A stretch of 64,000 bases of DNA, taken from NCBI GenBank assembly GCA_963848295.1, contig CAWKDB010000010.1, positions 1,248,001 through 1,312,000 on the forward strand. The letters run 5' to 3'. This DNA is from an uncultured delta proteobacterium. Its GTDB lineage: Bacteria; Myxococcota_A; Polyangia; Haliangiales; Haliangiaceae. The notes under the pieces are model-generated. The model was not told the DNA's origin. It worked only from the letters and a program-made list of their open reading frames with translations, and searched no databases. Both the position numbers and the translations under genes were made by a program. This document shows positions 32,470-41,632 of this stretch, in pieces (position 1 is the stretch's first letter; each line of letters begins with the position of its first letter).

Positions 32470-32576
32470 GTGCAACACGTGCAACAGCGGTGCAACACGA
32501 GAGCACCTGTTGCGCTGCGTCGTCGAGCGCGTCCAAGGCAGCCCTCGACGCGATCGCTGATGGCACGGTTGCTGCT
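32470..32576 (+). promoter_or_regulatory. Sigma54 promoter with upstream tandem GTGCAACA enhancer-like repeats
   Basis: TGGCACGGTTGCTGCT at 32561-32576; GTGCAACA at 32470, 32479 and 32490. Confidence 0.65.
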
Positions 32577-32588
32577 GAACGGCGAACG

Positions 32589-33095
32589 ATGATGTACAGA
32601 ACGCTTATTCTCGGTCTAGCTGTCGCGTGCTCGAGCCACAAGGACGCCTCGTCGTCGTCGGCCCCCGGCAGAGCAGCCGCCGTGTCGTCGGCTCCGCTCC
32701 CCGCGAAGCTCGACTGCAGCAACATCGTCTCACCGGAGATGCGAACCAAGTACTTCGCGAACCTCGAAGTACGCGACCACCCGGAGAGCATCGGCTCGGT
32801 CGGCGAATGCCAGATACTCGCGAAGGATGGCGCGCTCGGGACGGTCAACGTGACCTGTCGCGGCAAGGTCGATCAAGATATCGCGCCGTCGGTCAAGATG
32901 TTGAAGAAGTCGTTGCCGACCGCCGTGGATCTGCCCGGTGTCGGACGCGCCGCGCTGATCTCGCGTGACCCGGCGCTGACGTTCGTCGCGATGTGGGACG
33001 ACGATTCGCCGTGCAACGTCGTGATGCGCCTTCCGAGCGCGATCGACGCAGTCGCGTTCGCCAAAGATCTGATCGCGTACCTGCCGCCGAAGTGA
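32589..33095 (+). CDS. Hypothetical lipoprotein
   Basis: LAVAC lipobox; four further Cys. Confidence 0.7.
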   Translation: MMYRTLILGLAVACSSHKDASSSSAPGRAAAVSSAPLPAKLDCSNIVSPEMRTKYFANLEVRDHPESIGSVGECQILAKDGALGTVNVTCRGKVDQDIAPSVKMLKKSLPTAVDLPGVGRAALISRDPALTFVAMWDDDSPCNVVMRLPSAIDAVAFAKDLIAYLPPK

Positions 33096-33227
33096 GCTCG
33101 AGGCTAGTTGCCGATAGCCGGTTCGGCATCGCCTGTGGAAACGGCCGTCCGCCGGTACCGAGGATGCTCGCGGCAGGTGTGGAATGATGATCGGCATCCG
33201 AGACGATTTTTTCGATACACTGGTGGC

Positions 33228-34433
33228 GTGCGAGGGTGGATCACGGTGCTTGGATGTGGCTTGGTCGCGGCCTGCTATCACGGCGCCGCCCCGGCCGGAG
33301 CCGCGTGCTCGCCCGAGGGTGACTGTCCAACCGGCCTGACTTGCTACGGTGGCTACTGCCTCGCGGCGCCCGACGACAGCGGCGGCGTCACGCCGGACGG
33401 CCGCCCGGTCGATGTCGGCCCGTGCACGACGTTCTCGAGTCAGTTCGACACCTGTGCACTGATGTTCGGGGACGGCATCGTGATCTCCGATAACGTCACG
33501 TTCGACACCGACACGCTCGAGTTCTCCGCCGATTCAACGGTCGTCGGTGTGGTCGAGCCGGGCGGCGCCACGAAGATCTCGGTGGTCGAGACCACGAGCT
33601 TCACGATCCTGGCTGGCGGGTCGTTGCGCGTCGTCGGCTCGCGTCCATTCGGGATCGCAGCGAGTGGCGACGTCACGCTCGATGGCGAGATCGATGCGGT
33701 CGGCGGGGCCGGCTCGCGAGCGATATGCGGCGCATCGACGGGCGGCACCGGCACTCAACACACCGGCGGCGCGCCCGGCGCGGGTGGATTCGGGTTCCAA
33801 GGCATGGGCGGCGCGGGCACGTCGGGCGACAAGAACACCGGCCCGGTGCAAGGCGCGGCGGCGGGAGCGGCGGCGGCGCTTCCCGCGGGCCCGCTCGGCG
33901 GTTGTACGGGTGGCGTCGGTGGCATGGGCGCGACCGGCGCAGGCGGTGTCGGCGGCGCGGGCGGCGGCGCGGTGTACATCGCGGCCGGCGGGACCATCAC
34001 CGTCGGGTCCGGGGGCGTGATCAACGCCGGTGGCCAAGGCGGCGGCGGTGGCGTGACCGCAGATGGCGGCGGCGGCGGCGGTGGCTCGGGCGGCATGATC
34101 CTGCTCGAGGCGCCGGTGGTGAACCTCTCCGGTGTGCTCGCGGCCAACGGCGGCGGCGGCGGCGGTGGAGCAGACGCATCGGATTCGGCCCACGCGGGTC
34201 AGGCCGGACAGGCGTCGGCGGCGGCGGCGATGGGCGGCGCCCCGAGCAATTCCGGCGGTGCAGGAGCCGTCGGATCGGCGGGCAATGCCCTCGATGGTGC
34301 GACGATCTCCACGATCCCGAACGGGGCGGGCGGCGGTGGCGGCGGCGGCGCGGGGTTCATCGCGATCGCCGCTTCCGTGCAGACGGGCGAGAGCACCAGC
34401 ATCACCTCTCCGGGCGTCACTCCGTGGCCGTGA
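33228..34433 (+). CDS. Glycine-rich secreted/lipoprotein
   Basis: VAAC lipobox, Cys-rich module, GGGGGSGGMILL-type glycine-rich repeats. Confidence 0.75.
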   Translation: MRGWITVLGCGLVAACYHGAAPAGAACSPEGDCPTGLTCYGGYCLAAPDDSGGVTPDGRPVDVGPCTTFSSQFDTCALMFGDGIVISDNVTFDTDTLEFSADSTVVGVVEPGGATKISVVETTSFTILAGGSLRVVGSRPFGIAASGDVTLDGEIDAVGGAGSRAICGASTGGTGTQHTGGAPGAGGFGFQGMGGAGTSGDKNTGPVQGAAAGAAAALPAGPLGGCTGGVGGMGATGAGGVGGAGGGAVYIAAGGTITVGSGGVINAGGQGGGGGVTADGGGGGGGSGGMILLEAPVVNLSGVLAANGGGGGGGADASDSAHAGQAGQASAAAAMGGAPSNSGGAGAVGSAGNALDGATISTIPNGAGGGGGGGAGFIAIAASVQTGESTSITSPGVTPWP

Positions 34434-34489
34434 CCTGCGCCACGCGTCGGTGACGATTTCGTCGCATGCGTCGCGGTATGCTCGCGGCG

Positions 34490-35773
34490 ATGGGGATCTC
34501 GATACGAATCGGGTTGTTGCTGATCGCCGCGTGCGGCACGAGCTCGCGCAAGCCCGGCAGTTGTGACGGTCCCTGCCCGGCGTCGAAGATCGATCACCTC
34601 GTGGTTGTCATCCAGGAGAACCACACCTTCGACACGTACTTCGGGAAATATTGCACGGCCGCGACCGGATCGAATCCAACTTGTAACGCAGGCCCGAGCT
34701 GCTGCGAGGCGGGCCCGGCGACCGATCCGAGCGGCGCGTCGCCGAAGCTCCTCGACGACACCGAGAACGGCTCGTACGACCCCGACCACGCTCAATTCTG
34801 CGAGCTGATGGAGGCCGACAGCGGCGCGATGGACATGTACACCGCCGGCGTCATGGGGTGCTCGGACCCGCGCAACTTCGCCTACGCCGACCCAGGCGTG
34901 GTGGCGCCGTACTGGCAGCTCGCGACCGATGGCGCGCTCGCCGATCGTTACTTTCAACCGGTCTCAGGCCAGAGCTCGTCGAACGACATGTACTTCGCGC
35001 GCTCGCAGTTCGTGTTCCTCGACAACACCTACGAGCCGCCGGCGGTCGGCGCTCAATGCAGCCTGGTCGTCGGTCCGATGACGTTCACCGACCCGACGAT
35101 CGGCGATCTCCTCGATACCGCGGGCGTGTCGTGGTCGTTCTACGCCGAAGGCTATGACGTCATGGCGACCGCGACGAAGGCCGCGACCTGCCCGAGGGCG
35201 CCGGCCGACTGCCCGTTCGGGATCGGCATCTATCCGTGCGTGTTCGATCCCGATGACGACCCGTTCGAGTTCTACCCGGGCCTGACCGACAATCCGAACG
35301 TGCTGCGCGACTACGCCAAGCTCGCCGCCGACCTCAAGAACAACACGTTGCCGCAGGTCGTGTTCGTCAAGGGCCTCGGCTACCACACCGAGCATCCAGG
35401 CGAAGGCACCGCGATCAGCGACGGCGAGACGTTCGTCACCGGCGTGATCGACGCGATCCAAGCGAGCGACTACGCGCCGGATACCCTCGTGCTCGTGACC
35501 TGGGACGAAGGCGGCGGCTTCTTCGATCACCTCGCACCTCCCGGCAACGGCGCGGTCGACGGCCAGCCGTACGGCACTCGCATCCCGCTCCTCGCGGTCG
35601 GCCCGTTCGCGGCATCGGGCACCGTCTCGCACGTTCAAATGGAGCACTCGTCGATCGTTCGCTTCATCGAGTGGAACTGGCTCGGCATGCAGACCGGCCA
35701 GCTCGCCGGTCGCGACCAGTCCGTCGCGAACATCGGCAGCATGCTCGACCCGAGCGCGAACATTCCGGAGTAG
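34490..35773 (+). CDS. Phosphoesterase-family (phospholipase C/acid phosphatase) lipoprotein
   Basis: IDHLVVVIQENHTFDTYFG, EHP, TWDEGGGFFDH, GTRIP, HSSIVRFIE. Confidence 0.9.
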   Translation: MGISIRIGLLLIAACGTSSRKPGSCDGPCPASKIDHLVVVIQENHTFDTYFGKYCTAATGSNPTCNAGPSCCEAGPATDPSGASPKLLDDTENGSYDPDHAQFCELMEADSGAMDMYTAGVMGCSDPRNFAYADPGVVAPYWQLATDGALADRYFQPVSGQSSSNDMYFARSQFVFLDNTYEPPAVGAQCSLVVGPMTFTDPTIGDLLDTAGVSWSFYAEGYDVMATATKAATCPRAPADCPFGIGIYPCVFDPDDDPFEFYPGLTDNPNVLRDYAKLAADLKNNTLPQVVFVKGLGYHTEHPGEGTAISDGETFVTGVIDAIQASDYAPDTLVLVTWDEGGGFFDHLAPPGNGAVDGQPYGTRIPLLAVGPFAASGTVSHVQMEHSSIVRFIEWNWLGMQTGQLAGRDQSVANIGSMLDPSANIPE

Positions 35774-35874
35774 GGGACGCTGTCGCTTTTGTCAACTTGC
35801 ACGCCGACCCCCGTCGTCTATTCACCTGAGTTGCTTCGGCAAATTTGGGGACGCTGTCGCTTTTGTCAACTTGC
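35773..35874 (+). repeat. Identical 28-bp direct repeats of the GGGGACG..GTCAAC family
   Basis: ggggacgctgtcgcttttgtcaacttgc at 35773-35800 and 35847-35874. Confidence 0.85.
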
Positions 35875-35907
35875 GGCTTTGCGCCGTCGTAGCGTTCGCA
35901 CGGAGAT

Positions 35908-37482
35908 TCAGAGCGTCTTCAGGTACTCGATGACGTCCGCCGCGCCGCGCGCGCCGAGGTCGGCGAGGAACGGATGGCCCAGGACCGAGAACCCGGGCTT
36001 CGTGCCGTCTTCGAGGTAGTCCCCTGTGGCTGGCGTCGCCGTGGCCGCGCGGGTCGCGATGCCGATCGCGGCGATGTCGTACGGCTCGTCGAGCGCGTAG
36101 ATCACGCGAGGCGCGCGCTGGGCCGGTGGCGTCGCCATCACCGCGAGGCTCGCCCACTGGCCGGCGTGGCCGTAGGGGCCGCGCGCCCACACGTTGGTCA
36201 ACACCGGCGGCACGTAGCCGGTGCTGCGCGTGAACGTCGTGTAGCCGTGGGTCAGCGTGCGATCGTTGGCCGCCGCCTCGAACGACGCGGTCGGTGCCGC
36301 CATCCGCGCGGGGTCGGTGCCAACGTCGGCGATCGCGACGACGTTGTCGGTGTAGTCGCGCACGCGCCCGTCGTCGCCGTACGTACCGTGACACGGCGCG
36401 CAGTTGTCGTTGAACGCCTTGTGACCGCGAGCGGCCGCTGCGCGATCGATCTTGCCCGGGAACGCGGGCCGCGGCGCCGGCTGGCGGAGATACGCGCCGA
36501 GGCTCGCTCCCTGAAACGGATGGCGCTCGAGCCACGCCGCACGCAGGCCGATCGCGACATCAGCCTCGACGACCTGCAGATCCATCGAGCCTTGCCCGGA
36601 GCCATCCCACGACAGCGACGTGCGCTGCGCGAAGCCGATGACATCGGGAATCTTCGCCCAGCCGACGTCGGCCTCGTGCTGCACGGGGTGATGCGTCAGC
36701 AGCTGGAGCGTCAGCGCGAAGCTCTCGATCGTCGCGACGCGTCCGGGCGGATCCGCGAGGGTGCGCTCGACGAGGTCCTTGTGGTCGGCGGCGCGCTTTG
36801 TGATCGCCGTGATCGTCGCGGCGACGAGCGTGTCGGCGTAGGTGTCGGGCCACTCGATGTGGTGCTCGGCCGCCGCCGCGCGCGCGAGCTTCGCGATGTG
36901 CTCGGGCGTGAACTCGCGCTCCAGTGCGAGCTCGACAAAGGCGCGATCGTAGGCGTGAACCCGCACGCGCTTGTTGCCGAGCCCGATGATCACCTGGTTG
37001 CCAATCTTCTCGGCGTGACACAGCGAGCAGTTCGTCACGATGAACGGCACGCGCGTGCCGGGATCGACGGTCAGGTGCATCCCGACCGGCAAGCCCTCGC
37101 GCAGATCCAGGTCTTTGCTGGTCGGCACCGGTGCGCGTGCGATGAACCCGTACTTCGCGGCGAGCGCCTGCGGGTTCGCGCCGAACTTCGCCGGGAACGC
37201 GCGCTGCAGCGCGAGGAAGATCGGATACGGCACGCCGGTTCGATACGGGTCGCCGACGCCGGTGCGCGCAAAGATCGCCTCGCCCGCGTCGCGCGAGACT
37301 CGCGCGATGTCGTACTCCGCAGGCTCCGACATCAGATCGGCCGGACTCGGCATCGTCGCAGCGACGGTCGGCTCCGGTGACGGCATCGGCGAGCTCGGAT
37401 CGATCGGCCCCGGACCCTCGTCCGCCTGGTGTCGACACGACGCGAGGGCCGCGAGCGCGGCGACAGCTACGAGGGTCCGCAT
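35908..37482 (-). CDS. Di-heme c-type cytochrome lipoprotein (RoxA/peroxidase-like superfamily)
   Basis: LASC lipobox; CSLCH and CAPCH; VGTDPAR, GYVPPVLTNVWARGPYGH, GH.F, IEYLKTL. Confidence 0.8.
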   Translation of the reverse strand: MRTLVAVAALAALASCRHQADEGPGPIDPSSPMPSPEPTVAATMPSPADLMSEPAEYDIARVSRDAGEAIFARTGVGDPYRTGVPYPIFLALQRAFPAKFGANPQALAAKYGFIARAPVPTSKDLDLREGLPVGMHLTVDPGTRVPFIVTNCSLCHAEKIGNQVIIGLGNKRVRVHAYDRAFVELALEREFTPEHIAKLARAAAAEHHIEWPDTYADTLVAATITAITKRAADHKDLVERTLADPPGRVATIESFALTLQLLTHHPVQHEADVGWAKIPDVIGFAQRTSLSWDGSGQGSMDLQVVEADVAIGLRAAWLERHPFQGASLGAYLRQPAPRPAFPGKIDRAAAARGHKAFNDNCAPCHGTYGDDGRVRDYTDNVVAIADVGTDPARMAAPTASFEAAANDRTLTHGYTTFTRSTGYVPPVLTNVWARGPYGHAGQWASLAVMATPPAQRAPRVIYALDEPYDIAAIGIATRAATATPATGDYLEDGTKPGFSVLGHPFLADLGARGAADVIEYLKTL

Positions 37483-37511
37483 GGCCGGACTGTGCCGAGT
37501 TCCGCCTTTCA

Positions 37512-37832
37512 CTACAACTGCTGAGCGTCCCAAGCCGAACCCGACGCCGAAGATCCAGCCGAGCCCTTGTGGCAGAACGAGCATGCGAAGGTCGAGCTCG
37601 GCCTCGAGCACGGGCCAGTGAAAATTGCGATCGAGCAGTCGTAGCCGGCGCGGATCCCGATGAGGCCGTCGGGCTGGACCTGGCGACCGAGCGCGGTGTC
37701 GTCGTAGATCGCCGCGCCGCCACCGAGCTCGGCGTCGACGAACAGGTCGAGCGTGCTCTGGTTTCTGCTCAGCGGCTTGGTCACCAGCTCGTGGCGCACC
37801 GCGAGCTGACCGCGAGCGCCGAAGACGTGCAC
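37512..37832 (-). pseudogene. 3' remnant of an IS-disrupted exported beta-strand (probable outer-membrane) protein gene
   Basis: VHVFGARGQLAVRHEL...GIRAGYD, then a frameshift into LEAELDLRMLVLPQGLGWIFGVGFG; joins in frame with the 40145-40288 segment once the IS is removed. Confidence 0.65.
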
Positions 37833-40144
37833 CAGAGTTCGGGCCGCATTTCGTGAACTGATCGAATGACGCGGGTTTACGAGAATTCGATTAGATCGAT
37901 GGATTGTGGGAATTTCGGATCGCTGGCGGTTGTCTTGGCAACGATGGAAGCTCTCGACCTCGCCTTGCCTGAGCCGTCGCCAAAGCCCGCCCACGAAATC
38001 CGGCGTTTCTCGTCGGACGGGGTGGTGATCGTCCGGGACACGATCGCGAGCGTGTACATCGGCGGGACGCTGATCGGCGGGTTCGATCTGGACGACGATG
38101 ACCGCGGCCCTCGCAACGTACTGGCAGTGACGCTCGCGAAAACCGATCAGTTCCACCTCGGGCGACTGGCAACAGCATTCGGGATCACGGACGAACATTT
38201 GCGGCGCCTGCGGCGGAAGGAAGAAGCCGCGGGGTTTGCTGCGGTGCTGGGACCGCGACGCGGAGGAGTTACGAAGGTAACGCGGGAGTTGCGAACTGTT
38301 TGGTACGCGATGTTCGACGCGGGGCGAATGCCGATCGACGCGCACCGCGAACAGCCGCGCAAACAGCGCCTCGTGTATTCGACGGTGTGGCGCGTTTGGG
38401 ACGACTGGCGTCGTGAGCGCGCCGCCGGGAGCCCTGTCGAGGCGGCACGGCAGGCCGCGCCGACCGCGATCGCCGGGCAGCTCGCACTGCTGATCGCCGG
38501 ACCGGATCGCGATGTCGACCTCGGCGACGATCCGGTCACGGCCGACGAATTCGACGACAAGGATCAGGTGCCGATGACGGCGCAGCCGGTCCGCGGCGGA
38601 AAGCTCGTGCAGCACGCCGGCTGCTGGATCTTGCTCGCGCTTGCCGGCGAGATGGGGCTGCACGAAGAGGCGCAGCGCGCGTTCGAGGGCCGGCATCCCG
38701 ATGGGCTGCGGATCGCGCTCGACGCGGTGATCTGTGCGCTCGCGCTCAAGCAATTCGTCGTCGAGGGTGTGCGCCGACTCGCGACACCGACCGGCGCGAC
38801 GCTGCTGCGCGCCGAGCGCGTGCCCACGGCCAGCGGGGTCCGCAAGATCCTCGGTCGATTGCTCGCACAGACCGACGCCGGCGCCGCGCTGGAGGCACGG
38901 ATGGCCGAGCGGCTGATCGCAACCGCAGCGAGCGACGGCGCCCCGGCGATCTTCTACGTCGACAACCATCTACGGCCGTATACGGGCAAGCATGTCGTGC
39001 GAAAGGGCTGGCGGATGCAGGCCAAGCGCGTGCTGCCCGGGACGACCGACTACTACGTCCACGACGAGGACGGCCGGCCGATGTTTCGCGTGCCGGTGCC
39101 GTCGCACGATCACCTGACCGAGTGGCTGCTGCCCCTGGGCCAGCGCCTGCGCAAAGCGCTCGGCCCCGACGAGACGATCCTGCTCGCCTTCGATCGCGGT
39201 GGTGCGTTTGCCGCGCAACTCGCGGCGCTGCGCGAGGCCCACTTCGACTTCGTCACGTACGAGCGAAAGCCCTACGCCGAGCTGCCGGCGACGGCGTTTA
39301 CAGCGGCGACGATCGCGGGCGAACAGGTCGGGCTGCACGAGAGCCGATTGCGAAATCTCGGCGAGGGTCGCGGGCGCCTTCGTCGCATCATGGTCTGCAC
39401 CGAAGATGGTCGACAGGTGAGCTTGCTCGCCGCCTCGAAGCTGCCCGCGGAGCGGCTCGTCGAGATCCTGTGGCTCCGCTGGCGCCAGGAGAACGGCTTC
39501 AAGCACGGGGTCGAGCGCTGGGGCATCAACCAGCTCGACGGCCGGCGCGTCGAACCGTATCCACCCGGGACGATCATCCCGAACCCGGCACGTCGAAAGC
39601 TCGAGCGCGCGCTGCGGGTCTGGCGCACCGCCGAGGGCGACGCACGCCGCGAGCTGGCGCGGCTGGCCGCGGACGACAAGCGACGCGAGCGTGTCGAACG
39701 CGAGCTCGCAGAGTCGCTCGAATGGCAGCGGCAGCTCGAGGCGCTCCGCCCGCTGTTTCCGAAGCACGCCGCCGTCGAAGAGACCGAGCTCGCCGGCAAG
39801 CTCGTCCGCCACACGGGCAAGCTCAAGACTGTCATCGACGTCATCCGCGTCGTCTGCGCCAACGCCGAGTCCGAGCTGGCCGCGATCGCCGCACCGCACA
39901 TGAGCCGGCCCCGAGAGGCGAAGAAGCTCGTCGCGAACCTGTTCGCCGCGCCGGCAAAGGTGGCAATCACCGAACACGCCATCATCGTCCGCCTCGCGCC
40001 CGCAGCCAATCGATCCGAGCTCGACGCGATTCATCATCTGCTCGGTCATCTTACCCAGCGCGGCCTGATCCTGCCGAGTGATCACAAGCGCCTTCCCCTA
40101 CGCTTCGAAACCCAACTCCAATGAGATCAGCGTCCCGAAGTCTG
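37833..40144 (+). mobile_element. Insertion sequence (2312 bp), IS4-superfamily-like DDE, 15-bp imperfect TIR, 6-bp TSD
   Basis: Left end CAGAGTTCGGGCCGC; right end reverse complement CAGACTTCGGGACGC; GTGCAC at 37827-37832 and 40145-40150. Confidence 0.88.
37944..40124 (+). CDS. Large DDE transposase with N-terminal HTH region
   Basis: YVDNH (D1), FDRGG (D2), RWRQENGFK (R-3-E signature); fills the element; longest ORF starts at 37866. Confidence 0.85.
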   Translation: MEALDLALPEPSPKPAHEIRRFSSDGVVIVRDTIASVYIGGTLIGGFDLDDDDRGPRNVLAVTLAKTDQFHLGRLATAFGITDEHLRRLRRKEEAAGFAAVLGPRRGGVTKVTRELRTVWYAMFDAGRMPIDAHREQPRKQRLVYSTVWRVWDDWRRERAAGSPVEAARQAAPTAIAGQLALLIAGPDRDVDLGDDPVTADEFDDKDQVPMTAQPVRGGKLVQHAGCWILLALAGEMGLHEEAQRAFEGRHPDGLRIALDAVICALALKQFVVEGVRRLATPTGATLLRAERVPTASGVRKILGRLLAQTDAGAALEARMAERLIATAASDGAPAIFYVDNHLRPYTGKHVVRKGWRMQAKRVLPGTTDYYVHDEDGRPMFRVPVPSHDHLTEWLLPLGQRLRKALGPDETILLAFDRGGAFAAQLAALREAHFDFVTYERKPYAELPATAFTAATIAGEQVGLHESRLRNLGEGRGRLRRIMVCTEDGRQVSLLAASKLPAERLVEILWLRWRQENGFKHGVERWGINQLDGRRVEPYPPGTIIPNPARRKLERALRVWRTAEGDARRELARLAADDKRRERVERELAESLEWQRQLEALRPLFPKHAAVEETELAGKLVRHTGKLKTVIDVIRVVCANAESELAAIAAPHMSRPREAKKLVANLFAAPAKVAITEHAIIVRLAPAANRSELDAIHHLLGHLTQRGLILPSDHKRLPLRFETQLQ

Positions 40145-40605
40145 GTGCACGTCCATCGGCACATCCGAGCTCTGTTGCAACCACAGCAGCTCGCCTTCGC
40201 CGGCGAGCCGCCAACCCGGCAACACGGTGACGACCGCGGCGAGCCCGATCGCGTAGTCGGTGCGGTGCTCGTCCGCATCGCGAGATCGAAGAAGCCCGGG
40301 CGATCGCGCACGATCGTGCGGTGCTCGTGGATGCCGCCGAGATGGCTCGCATCCGTAAACAGGCCAAGCGCGGGTTGATAGAGTGGGACGATCGCGTCGG
40401 GAGCCGGTGCGGGCGCCGGCAGCAACGCGGCTCCGATCGGCTCGCCGATGGGAATAGCAATGCCGGCCGGGTCGGTAGTTGTCGCCGAGACCTCGTCGGC
40501 GTCTGGGACGTCGGTCGCGTCAGGCAGCGGATCGTCCGCGCGCGCCGAGCCGGTGAGCGAGGGCGCGATAGCCGCGGTCGCGAGCAACGGTTGGACGAGC
40601 GCCAT
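40145..40605 (-). pseudogene. 5' remnant of the IS-disrupted gene
   Basis: Signal peptide MALVQPLLATAAIA...ARA; frameshift near 40280 into DADEHRTDYAIGLAAVVTVLPGWRLAGEGELLWL...DVH. Confidence 0.65.
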
Positions 40606-40741
40606 CGTCGATCCGGACGTCGGCCCCTGCGAGGAGTCGCGCGCCAGTGCGTAACTTTGCACCCCGATCGCCCGCCCGACGCGCCGACTTGACTACATCG
40701 GTTCCGTGCTACAAACGTCTCGGACATCGAAGAGGATTCCC

Positions 40742-41476
40742 ATGGCATTCGCTCAGTCGTCAGCCCGTCCGATCGCAGGCGCAGTCGCCACCCTAGGTGT
40801 CAGCGACCGCGTGACATTTCTCCGCAAGACGTACGCGCACCTCGGCGTCGCGTTGATCGGGTTCGCCGCGATCGCCGGCGGCATGATGCGCTTCATGCCG
40901 GACACCAGCTTCAGGTTCTCGAAGTGGGCGTTCAGCGGCTACAACTGGTTCGCCGTTCTCGCGTTGTTCATGGTGACCGGATACGTCGCCGAGCGGCTCG
41001 CCCGGTCGAACACGTCGCGTGGCCTGCAGTACCTGGGATTGCTGATCGCCGTCGCTGCAGAAGGCGTGCTGATCCAACCGATGCTGTGGGTAGCTATTCT
41101 GCGCTTCGGCGGATCACACGGTCAGTTGATCATCGGCGAGTCGACGCTGATCACCCTGGCGATCTTCATCGGTCTCACCGCCACCGTATTCATCACGAAG
41201 AAGGACTTTTCCTTCTTGCGCGGCATGCTCGCGATCTGCACGTTCGGGGCGCTCGGCGTGATCGTCGCGTCGATGCTGTTCGGGTTCCAGCTCGGCGCGG
41301 TATTCAGCGGCCTGATGATCCTGCTGATGTCGGGTTACGTGCTCTATCAGACGAGTTTGGTGATGAGCTACTTCCCGCCTTCGGGCTACGTCGCCGCGTC
41401 GCTGATGCTGTTTTCGACCATCGCCACGCTGTTCTGGTACGTGCTGCGGCTGATGATGGAGCTCAACCGCCGCTAG
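40742..41476 (+). CDS. Bax inhibitor-1/YccA-family membrane protein
   Basis: FLRKTYAHL, 7 TM segments, TKKDFSFL, YVLYQTS; AGAGGA SD. Confidence 0.9.
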   Translation: MAFAQSSARPIAGAVATLGVSDRVTFLRKTYAHLGVALIGFAAIAGGMMRFMPDTSFRFSKWAFSGYNWFAVLALFMVTGYVAERLARSNTSRGLQYLGLLIAVAAEGVLIQPMLWVAILRFGGSHGQLIIGESTLITLAIFIGLTATVFITKKDFSFLRGMLAICTFGALGVIVASMLFGFQLGAVFSGLMILLMSGYVLYQTSLVMSYFPPSGYVAASLMLFSTIATLFWYVLRLMMELNRR

Positions 41477-41496
41477 TTCCACGCGACGGGTTGTCG

Positions 41497-41548
41497 ACGG
41501 GGCCTCGCTTGAGGCCCCGTAGCCGTTTCGGCCCCGTACGCGGGGGCC
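41497..41548. repeat. Intergenic double GC hairpin (REP-like or terminator-like)
   Basis: ACGGGGCCTC-GCTT-GAGGCCCCGT perfect stem, followed by GGCCCC-GTACGCG-GGGGCC. Confidence 0.5.
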
Positions 41549-41632
41549 CTCGCTCGCAAGGTGTCGGCCGTCCTTGCTTCGCCGGACAGCCGATCGATCG
41601 ATACGAGCTCGGGCGCGCTATACTGATCGGAC

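Noticed and set aside
33740..34360. GGC-rich tandem runs as a DNA repeat element
   Set aside because: Explained by poly-Gly coding in a glycine-rich protein
35773..35874. Two identical 28-bp repeats with a 46-bp spacer (also 26985-27073) as a minimal CRISPR array
   Set aside because: Only two units per locus, no cas genes, and the same motif occurs inverted at 19381-19446; treated as a dispersed repeat family
37483..37611. N-terminal extension of the cytochrome ORF
   Set aside because: It is the frameshifted tail of the upstream pseudogene; the lipoprotein signal starts at 37482
37833..40144. RNA-guided (TnpB/IscB/IS110-type) element
   Set aside because: No RuvC, HNH or DEDD motifs, little non-coding space, and classical TIR plus TSD indicate an ordinary DDE mechanism
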